Source: Candidatus Obscuribacterales bacterium
GTDB taxonomy: Bacteria > Cyanobacteriota > Vampirovibrionia > Obscuribacterales > Obscuribacteraceae
Assembly (NCBI GenBank): GCA_965228855.1
Contig: CBDDIJ010000003.1
Span: 3,008,001 to 3,072,000 of the forward strand
Reading direction: 5' to 3'
Length of the DNA: 64,000 bases
The notes under the pieces are model-generated. The model ran no database searches and had not been told where the DNA came from. It was given only the letters and a program-made list of their open reading frames with translations. The position numbers were made by a program, and so were the translations under genes. Below, in pieces: positions 56,757 to 64,000 of the stretch; positions within the stretch are counted from its first letter, which is position 1; the number at the start of each line of letters is the position of its first letter.

Positions 56757-57575
56757 CTAGTATGGAGCGATGGTGAGTCGAGCTCTGAGGTTTTCCCCTT
56801 TGAAAAAGGTTCTGTTTCCATTGAGGTCGGTGGTGGATTGAGCGCCTGGCAAATTCGCCGATCGGTTTGCTTGACCTCTTTGTCCCGGTGACTGTTGATT
56901 TCGTGGTCCGTCTTCCGATGACTGAGGTGCTTTCTGGAGGTTCGACTTTTGGCTGAGTCGTTCGCCGAAGTCGGTGGTTTGCGAGCCTCCTGTGCCTCTC
57001 ATGAAGCTGCGGAGTCCGTGATCTTCACTTGTCTGTCCGCCCCATCTTTGTATAGGAGCACTTCCCGAGATTCCGCCGCCGCTGTTTATGTTTGTCACCG
57101 TGACCGGTGGTTGATAAAAGTCCGGAGGGGAGTCGATGCTTCCAGGGTCGGAGGTCGGATAGATGGTCGGAGGAGTCAGGTACCCTGCTGCGGCGGCTGT
57201 AGCTGCAGCTTTGCCGTCTTGTCCCGGCGGAATCAATGGCATGCTGACGTGAGATGCCGGCGTCGGGACACCGTAACCGGCGTGACCGGTGTTGATGCCC
57301 ATCGGCGCATAGCCGTCTCCAATCGGGGGGGCCTGTCCTTGAGGAGGTGCAGAGTAAGGGGGCTGCGTCGAACCGTTTTCGACGTTCGGCAACCACATGC
57401 TAGAGTCTGCATCATAATTAGGATTAGGATTCCAGACCTGGGCGTTGGCATTGCCGGTCAGAGAGACTACAGCCACAAGTGCCAGCGTTGCCGCTAACAT
57501 CAATTTGCCGTTTCTCGTCTGAGCCTTGTTCACTTTGTTCTCCGTTTTGTAGGTTTTCCGGTTCGGCAACGTCAT
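56757..57575 (-). CDS. Secreted Pro/Gly-rich protein; first gene of the T4SS-like locus
   Basis: Signal peptide ANA|Q, GAGG SD; PPQGQAPPIGDG, DPGS, RWGGQ, TTDFG. Confidence 0.8.
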   Translation of the reverse strand: MTLPNRKTYKTENKVNKAQTRNGKLMLAATLALVAVVSLTGNANAQVWNPNPNYDADSSMWLPNVENGSTQPPYSAPPQGQAPPIGDGYAPMGINTGHAGYGVPTPASHVSMPLIPPGQDGKAAATAAAAGYLTPPTIYPTSDPGSIDSPPDFYQPPVTVTNINSGGGISGSAPIQRWGGQTSEDHGLRSFMRGTGGSQTTDFGERLSQKSNLQKAPQSSEDGPRNQQSPGQRGQANRSANLPGAQSTTDLNGNRTFFKGENLRARLTIAPY

Positions 57576-58193
57576 CGCCGCCTCGCGGATTACTCATCGG
57601 ATTCAAAGGTACTACCTGCGGCAAGCCATGTCTGTCGGTGAATCTACGTATACCCCCCCGGTTTTTCCCACTCTCTTCGAAAAATCTGCCACCCATTAAG
57701 AGGAAGTCGAAAGCCTGGCCCTGCGCCAGCTGTCAAGCGGACGGCGAATCAATATACATTCATATAGAATGCTGACCCGCGCATTCGCGGTCGGGCACCC
57801 ACTTCAAACCCAGAGTGAACAAAGTCCAGGATTCTGCAAATCTGATAGCCAATCGACTTCCTTGCCGCTACACGACGAGAACCAAAGCTGATATCGAAAA
57901 CTCGACCATATTGTCGAGCTTAGATATTTGAGGACCAATACACTGGCCAGCATGATCACTGAGTTTCATTCGACAGAGAACTAATGTGTGCCACCACATT
58001 TACACTCAAGATCTGATCGCAAGAGATTTCCAATCGAAGCAAACTCCAAAATTTAAAATCGGAAATCGTCATCAGGATCTCCTACACTCAATCTTGGCCG
58101 TCACCCGCGTTCATATCAAATCAGAAACCGTTTACCTGAGCGCTTTTCTGCCAGGGTCTCGCGAGGTCTTCTTTCGATTCCGTTGGAGCCAGG

Positions 58194-58270
58194 TGGTATC
58201 ACAGTGGTGTCATTGTGGTACCAAGATGGTGTCATACTGGTGGCAATATGGTGGCATCGGTCTGGTATCA
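58194..58270. repeat. Helically phased iteron-like array: TGGTRBCA every 11 bp x6 plus one offset copy
   Basis: TGGTATCA 58194, TGGTGTCA 58205, TGGTACCA 58216, TGGTGTCA 58227, TGGTGGCA 58238, TGGTGGCA 58249, TGGTATCA 58263. Confidence 0.9.
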
Positions 58271-58504
58271 AATTCGGTGATAGTTGCGAAGAGCTTCCGA
58301 TAAATGCAAAAGACAAATTGCGAAAAACGCCACAGGCACCATATGAGGTGTCATTAAAAATATCTTCGATAAGCCCGTCAGAATGGGCTTATCGCGCAAC
58401 TGGTGATCGATAAGGTGCCTTCCGGAGCACTCCGGATGGTGGCAAATTGTTTTTACAAACAGGAACTTAGCCGTTATTATATTGTCCAAGAAAGGGGGGT
58501 CTTT

Positions 58505-59137
58505 GTGAGCACGCAACCAGAATTAGCTACCGGATATAGCTTTACTACCCCGGAAGTAAACGAACACGATCATGCGGTATCACTAGACGGCTTGGATCAC
58601 ATCTTCAAGTGGGCATCGGATGTGGTATCAGACGGCGAAGACGAGCGTATTAAAGTCGCCAGAGAGCGCCGCGTTCGCCGGCAGGTCCTTGAAGTCGTAA
58701 CTAAGTACCAGCAGCAGCGACTCGCTGCCAAGACCCAAGACGAAATCGCGTATCTGCAAAGACGCGTGATCGCCCTCTTGCAAAAGGTTCAAGAAATCAC
58801 TGAAGAAAATTCTGCAGTGAAACAAATTATGGTCAGTCAGTATTTTTCAATTCAAAGAATTCCACAATTGGAATTCGAAGTGAAACAACTGAAAGCCATC
58901 GAGTTCGAGCGCGAAGCTGCTGTGACAGAAAGGCGCTACCTCATGGACGCACTTGCAAAGCTGAAAGTGGAACGAGACTACTTAGAGGACACTCTCACAT
59001 CGGCCGAACAAGAGAATTCGAGACTGGCAAATATATTGAGCGATACGAAAGCCGAACTCGAAGAAGTGAAGGCTCGTAGATGGTGGCATGTGTTTTCCCG
59101 ACTATTCAAGAAGGATAACAAAAGCGCATTCGCATAA
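58505..59137 (+). CDS. Coiled-coil protein with C-terminal RRWWHVFSRLFKK amphipathic helix
   Basis: GTG start after AAGGGGGG; long heptad-rich region; ORF track start is 58403. Confidence 0.75.
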   Translation: MSTQPELATGYSFTTPEVNEHDHAVSLDGLDHIFKWASDVVSDGEDERIKVARERRVRRQVLEVVTKYQQQRLAAKTQDEIAYLQRRVIALLQKVQEITEENSAVKQIMVSQYFSIQRIPQLEFEVKQLKAIEFEREAAVTERRYLMDALAKLKVERDYLEDTLTSAEQENSRLANILSDTKAELEEVKARRWWHVFSRLFKKDNKSAFA

Positions 59138-59202
59138 TAACTTCAAGTTCCAATCAAAAGTCTTTTGATTAGAACAAAACCAGCTTTACTCCAGCAGCAC
59201 AG

Positions 59203-59256
59203 GCGGTCGGAAGGATCGGTCCACCAGGATAAACCAGGTGGACCGGTCTGCTTTTT
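59203..59256 (+). terminator. Hairpin between convergent genes
   Basis: GATCGGTCCACC-aggataaacca-GGTGGACCGGTC followed by TGCTTTTT. Confidence 0.6.
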
Positions 59257-59340
59257 GCACAGGTTTCAAGACACTCGCAGAAATTGGTTTCAATACACTC
59301 TCAGACATTCTCGCAATCAAATGCTATTGATGGAAGGTTT

Positions 59341-60618
59341 TCAGGACGACGCGTCTTTGACTTTGCCTTCAAAACCACGGGCGGTCGGTTTGTAATACTT
59401 CCGGTTCTGCAATTCCTTCGGCAAACACTTCATCTCTGTTTTAGCATTCTCGTAATCATGAGCATATTGATAGCCGGCACCATATCCGATGTCCTTCATC
59501 AATTTTGTTGGAGCATTGCGAAGATGCATCGGGACTGGATGCTGCATAGTGTTGTTCGCGTCATCAGCAGCCATTCCATATGCCTTGTATACCGCATTGG
59601 ATTTCGGTGCCAGAGCAAGAAAAACAACCGATTGAGCTAGAGCAAGTTTTGCCTCCGGCATACCGATCAACTCAACCGCATGCATGGCGGCAACTGTTTG
59701 TGGTAGCGCCTGCGGTGCCGCCAGTCCAACATCTTCAGACGCGAATCGAACAAGGCGGCGCGCGACATAGAGGGGATCTTCTCCAGCCTCGAGCATCCTG
59801 GCAAGCCAGTACAGCGCGGCATCAGCATCCGAGTTGCGTATGGATTTATGCAGCGCGGATATGATGTTGTAGTGATGTTCTCCACCCTTGTCATATTTTA
59901 AAACAGCTTGTTGAATGGCCTCTTTTATAACTCGTTCGTCGAGTTCATTCAAACCTCGCTTCTTCGCAAGCAGAAGCGCGAGTTCCAAACTATTTAGTGC
60001 AGTTCGTGCATCACCTGATGAATAGACAGCGAGCCTCGAAAGCATTTCGTCAGACGCGGAAATTTTTTCGGCACCTAAACCACGCTCTTCGTCATTCAGC
60101 GCACTTCTAAGAATCGTAAGAAGGGCATCAAGACTTAGTTCTTCAAGTACAAAAACCTTCAGTCGCGAAAGCAGCGCGGAGTTGATTTCAAACGATGGAT
60201 TTTCAGTTGTCGCGCCAACAAGCACGATGGTTCCGTTTTCAACATACGGAAGAAATGCATCCTGCTGAGCTTTGTTGAAACGATGAATTTCGTCAACGAA
60301 CAAAATCGTCCGTTTGCCTTCAATTTTCATGAACGCCTCAGCTTCAGCCATGACGCTCTTAATTTCCTTAATTCCTGATATTACCGCGGAAAAGGCGACC
60401 CAGCGGCTATCGGTATTCTGAGCGATGATTCTCGCCATCGTCGTCTTCCCGACACCAGGCGGTCCCCAGAGAATAAAGGAGACCAGTTCACCACCACCGG
60501 CCATCTCGCGAAGAACACCGCCCTCACCCAGAAGGCGCTCCTGACCGTGGAACTCATCGAGATTTCGCGGACGCATACGCTCCGCTAAAGGTATTTTGCG
60601 CGTCGATACCGCATCCAT
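59341..60618 (-). CDS. rarA: Replication-associated recombination protein A (MgsA/RarA)
   Basis: [66 protein letters not shown]. Confidence 0.96.
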   Translation of the reverse strand: MDAVSTRKIPLAERMRPRNLDEFHGQERLLGEGGVLREMAGGGELVSFILWGPPGVGKTTMARIIAQNTDSRWVAFSAVISGIKEIKSVMAEAEAFMKIEGKRTILFVDEIHRFNKAQQDAFLPYVENGTIVLVGATTENPSFEINSALLSRLKVFVLEELSLDALLTILRSALNDEERGLGAEKISASDEMLSRLAVYSSGDARTALNSLELALLLAKKRGLNELDERVIKEAIQQAVLKYDKGGEHHYNIISALHKSIRNSDADAALYWLARMLEAGEDPLYVARRLVRFASEDVGLAAPQALPQTVAAMHAVELIGMPEAKLALAQSVVFLALAPKSNAVYKAYGMAADDANNTMQHPVPMHLRNAPTKLMKDIGYGAGYQYAHDYENAKTEMKCLPKELQNRKYYKPTARGFEGKVKDASS

Positions 60619-60698
60619 TGGCAGCCCTCCAGACAATTAAAGGCTACCAGAAGAATGGCACAACGGTATGAATCCCGCTAAATTGATAAACTCGGTTT

Positions 60699-62333
60699 CT
60701 AAACCTGAACTGCCTGCAAGTACGACTTCAACTCCGCAGCCGATGTATAGCGCAGTTTCGAGTCTTTACGAAGCGTGCGCATTATAATGCCCTGAAGAAT
60801 GGCAGGCGCTTTGCTCCCGGCTCCCGTCTGCGAAATATGCACGGGGTCGGTGAATATCTGATGCATCAAGGCTTCTGAGACATTGTCAGCTTTGATGGCG
60901 GTTTCTCCAGTCAAAGCCTCGTACATCAAACAACCCAGCGAATAAATGTCGGATGACGGCTCCAACGTCGTACCGCGACATTGCTCCGGGCTCATGTAGA
61001 GCGGCGAACCAAAAACAAATCCAGGCTGCGAAGGCTCCATTGAAAAACCGTTGATCTGTTTGGTGAGCATGGACGTTCCAAAATCGAGAATACGAGCCAG
61101 CGGAGCGGCTGAACCTACAGCGCTGACGATCACGTTACTCGGTTTCATATCACGATGCAACACACCAGCTTGATGCGCATACTCAAGTCCGTCACACAGC
61201 TGGATGAAGAGCGGAAGCGCTTCCTGAGCCGTTAGCGGGCCGCGTTTCTCAATAAAGCGCGACAGCGTGTGACCATGATAGTAGTCCATGATCATAAACG
61301 CCAAACCCTTCTCCGTCACGCCGAAATCCAGGACGGAGACTATGTTTGGATGGGACAGAAATGATGACGCAATCGCTTCGTGCCGAAATCTCTGCAACGC
61401 GTGGAATCGTCTGTTGGCACTCGGATGCATGATTTTGATTGCAACCATCTTCAACATAAATCGATGCTTTGCCTTGTACACAGTGCCGCCTGCGCCCGAT
61501 CCGAGCACGGACAGAATGTCGTATCGGTCGGCAAATATCGTGCCGATCAAATTATCGATTTGGGTCGGACTCCCATCGTATGAGCAAGTATGTTTGTTCA
61601 GAGGCCAGCTCATATGGCAGCGTGGACAGATTCTAGAGAGGCGGTGTTCAGCGCTGACGCGCATGTGCCGAGATTTGTCCGTAGCGCGAACAGTTTCCGA
61701 CCGACTTAAGGATAACTTGGTCATCAATCGTTGAGAGTGGGCATGCACGAAATTAGCATGAACACCCAAGTCTGTCGCGATACCATCCAGATTCACGCCT
61801 TCCAAAATCATATTCAAAATGCGCAACTCTAAATCCGTCAGCGAGCTCTGTCCATCGACCGCATCCGGATCGATAGAGGACAACTGCGAGATAACGGTGT
61901 TTGCGATGTCATCGCTGAGCCACGTTCCATTGTTGTAAACCGAAACGATTGCAGACACTAATTGCTCTTTGTTGACGGCTTTCGCGCAATAACCATCAGC
62001 ACCAGCTCTCAATGCGGAGAGGATGGCGCTCTTGTCAGAATTATTCGAGAGAATCAGTACTCGAGCATCTGTAGCTTTTTTGATTTGCTCGGTGGCGACA
62101 ATTCCGTTGAAGATGGGCAAGCCGATGTCCATCAGCACCACGGATGGTTTCTGCTCGATAGCACCACGAACCGCCTCAGGACCGCTTGCAGCCTCCGCGC
62201 ATACGTTTATATTTTGATTTTCCAGAGCCAGCCGCAAACTCAGTCGATGAAGATCGTCGTCCTCTGCAATGAGCACTCTGATCGGATTATCGTTATATGC
62301 GGTCAATTGTGCGCTTGTATGCGCGTTCTGCAT
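60699..62333 (-). CDS. Receiver + LuxR-like HTH + Cys motif + Ser/Thr kinase fusion
   Basis: VLIAEDD/LMDIGLP (REC), LTDLELRIL..IATDLG (HTH), CPRC..CSYDG, GSGAGG/VAIK/HRDMKPSN/DFG/YMSPEQ. Confidence 0.9.
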   Translation of the reverse strand: MQNAHTSAQLTAYNDNPIRVLIAEDDDLHRLSLRLALENQNINVCAEAASGPEAVRGAIEQKPSVVLMDIGLPIFNGIVATEQIKKATDARVLILSNNSDKSAILSALRAGADGYCAKAVNKEQLVSAIVSVYNNGTWLSDDIANTVISQLSSIDPDAVDGQSSLTDLELRILNMILEGVNLDGIATDLGVHANFVHAHSQRLMTKLSLSRSETVRATDKSRHMRVSAEHRLSRICPRCHMSWPLNKHTCSYDGSPTQIDNLIGTIFADRYDILSVLGSGAGGTVYKAKHRFMLKMVAIKIMHPSANRRFHALQRFRHEAIASSFLSHPNIVSVLDFGVTEKGLAFMIMDYYHGHTLSRFIEKRGPLTAQEALPLFIQLCDGLEYAHQAGVLHRDMKPSNVIVSAVGSAAPLARILDFGTSMLTKQINGFSMEPSQPGFVFGSPLYMSPEQCRGTTLEPSSDIYSLGCLMYEALTGETAIKADNVSEALMHQIFTDPVHISQTGAGSKAPAILQGIIMRTLRKDSKLRYTSAAELKSYLQAVQV

Positions 62334-62756
62334 CTCTCAACACCCTCCGGTATTTGCTGCCGAAGCACCAGACAAAACATAGTCGAGTGAACAAACACCA
62401 ACGACAGCCTTATACAAATCCGATGGACTTGCGCGGTCGACGTCGATGACGAACTCGAACGTGTATTGATATGGTCAGTCGTGTTGGGCGTTATGCCGGT
62501 GATGCCAGATTCCTGAATTCATCGGCTTGTTTTGTCGTATGAGATCAGCGTGAAACTTTTACTTCCGACAAAACTAGAGGCGGGTCGCGGCTGGTAATCC
62601 GCGTAAGGCTCCTTTCTCCGTCTTATCACGGCAACCCAAAAGTCCGCTATCCCTTAAAGGAAGTAGGGAAGCGAAGGTCGAATGAAAGCGTCGACTCGGT
62701 GAGGGTTTTATTAGATAAAGGAGTTACAAATCCACTTCAGGATTCGTAACAACTCA

Positions 62757-63191
62757 TCAGTCCGAAGTCTGGATACTCGCATTCTGCGAAAAAATCATAT
62801 TAACGACAGCAACGCGACGCGTACTATAAGTTTGTGCGGTCAGCTTAACCGCTTCCTCGAGCTCCCGCGTCGCGGGTGCGTAAACATAAACACCCTGCTC
62901 AACGGCTTTAACCAATCCGCACTGCTCGAAGTGCATTAACCCCCCGAGAATCACCTCGGGGTTCATATACAAAGCCTGCGCAATCGACGCGGCGGAATGA
63001 CCATCCAACGTCTGACTGTTGCCGAGCGTGCGCATGTGCAGAAGAAGCTCCAGTTGCCAGACAGACCGGATATTCTTCAAAATAAAACTGGATACAATCG
63101 GCGATAAGTCCGAAATGGTCGCAACCTCTGATTCCCAGTAAGGCGTCACCAGGTCGACGCCACCAACACTCCTAGTGTATTCAATGAACAT
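62757..63191 (-). CDS. Hypothetical winged-helix-like protein
   Basis: FILKNIRSVWQLELLL...SAASIAQALYM...GLV...Y.YAP...YSTRRVAVVNMIF. Confidence 0.7.
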   Translation of the reverse strand: MFIEYTRSVGGVDLVTPYWESEVATISDLSPIVSSFILKNIRSVWQLELLLHMRTLGNSQTLDGHSAASIAQALYMNPEVILGGLMHFEQCGLVKAVEQGVYVYAPATRELEEAVKLTAQTYSTRRVAVVNMIFSQNASIQTSD

Positions 63192-63267
63192 TTCTCGAAA
63201 ATTTCAGTTGAGAACAACGTGAATAAGAGCTATATGATTACTTGTATGAACCCTTCAGAGTTTAATC

Positions 63268-63936
63268 ATGCGAATTCTTCTCGCTGAAGACGATCGGTTT
63301 TTGGCCGACGGACTTTCTCTAGTTCTCAAGGATGGTGGCTACGCTGTAGACGTGGTCGCATCAGGACTCGACGCAGACATCGCCTTGAATCAGATTCCAT
63401 ACGACCTGCTGATTTTAGACCTTGGTCTTCCAAAGATTGACGGCATGGAACTGCTTAAGCGCATTCGCAATCGCGGACAGCAACTCCCGGTGCTCATCTT
63501 GACCGCCCGAGATCGACTGGAGGATCGCGTCACCGGTTTGGATTTAGGCGCCAACGACTATATGACTAAACCGTTTCAGCTGCCCGAACTCGAAGCACGA
63601 ATACGAGCTTTGCTCCGAAAAGAGCAGTGGGCAAATCGCACCGAAGTGACCTTTGGTCCGCTGTCATTCAACACCGTTACGCGAACCCCCGTTGTCGATG
63701 GGGTTCCCCTCGAACTCTCGGCACGCGAACTGGCAATTTTAGAAATTATGGTTCAGAGAATCGGTCGGATCGTCAGCAAAGATCAAATCACGGACATGCT
63801 TTCGAGCTGGGACACGGAAATCACATTCAACGCAATCGGAATCGCGATTCATAGATTGAGAAAAAAATTGGAGTCGCACGGTGTAACGATCAAAGCAATC
63901 AGGGGGCTTGGATACAGACTTGAAGAGTCCGCCTGA
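63268..63936 (+). CDS. OmpR-family response regulator (QseB/TctD-like)
   Basis: MRILLAEDD, LDLGLP, GANDYMTKPF, IRGLGYRL. Confidence 0.95.
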   Translation: MRILLAEDDRFLADGLSLVLKDGGYAVDVVASGLDADIALNQIPYDLLILDLGLPKIDGMELLKRIRNRGQQLPVLILTARDRLEDRVTGLDLGANDYMTKPFQLPELEARIRALLRKEQWANRTEVTFGPLSFNTVTRTPVVDGVPLELSARELAILEIMVQRIGRIVSKDQITDMLSSWDTEITFNAIGIAIHRLRKKLESHGVTIKAIRGLGYRLEESA

Positions 63937-64000
63937 TCGCTCCATTCGAATTCAATTATTGAATTCGCTGTTCGCACCTTTGTGCGTACTCTGGCTGCTG

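Noticed and set aside
51433..57575. A|Q cleavage site as a T4SS-specific export signal
   Set aside because: The same A|Q junction occurs in unrelated TPR proteins at 756-1994, so it is probably a general feature of this proteome.
33831..59137. Classical ICE or integrated plasmid
   Set aside because: No tyrosine/serine integrase, transposase, tRNA target, matching terminal direct repeats or cargo genes were recognised.
57600..62750. tRNA or known riboswitch in the longer intergenic regions (57600-58180, 62340-62750)
   Set aside because: Only isolated hairpins were seen, with no cloverleaf or recognisable aptamer. An Infernal/Rfam scan would be needed to exclude them fully.

Overview
A 64-kb bacterial chromosomal window with no rRNA, tRNA, CRISPR array, integrase or transposase that I could recognise. 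The gene repertoire (many secreted TPR proteins, membrane Ser/Thr kinases, a REC-HTH-kinase fusion, DUF4388/degenerate GGDEF, dapL) is suggestive of non-photosynthetic Cyanobacteriota (Vampirovibrionia/Obscuribacterales-like); this is inference only. Positions 1-34.9 kb and 58-64 kb hold housekeeping and signalling genes, an orphan PglX-like DNA methyltransferase and a catalytically degenerate signal-peptidase/TPR fusion. The main discovery candidate is a ~22.7-kb, single-strand (minus) locus at 34915-57575 encoding a stripped-down type IV secretion/conjugation-like machine. It comprises two cassettes of [two secreted Pro/Gly/Gln-rich proteins + a VirB2/TrbC-like pilin], whose two pilins are identical over 130 aa despite about 45 silent changes. 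It also encodes a 1899-aa extended VirB6-like protein, a DUF2225-like Zn protein, VirB3/PrgI-like, VirB4, VirB8-like, a 1169-aa VirD4 with long low-complexity arms and a Zn ribbon, and a Replic_Relax-family protein. No VirB1/7/9/10/11, integrase or canonical HUH relaxase is visible in the window. The locus carries a shared upstream operator/promoter motif, a G-rich 44-bp tandem repeat and an ABAB 61-bp repeat mosaic, and just beyond its edge is an 11-bp-phased iteron array next to a coiled-coil gene.
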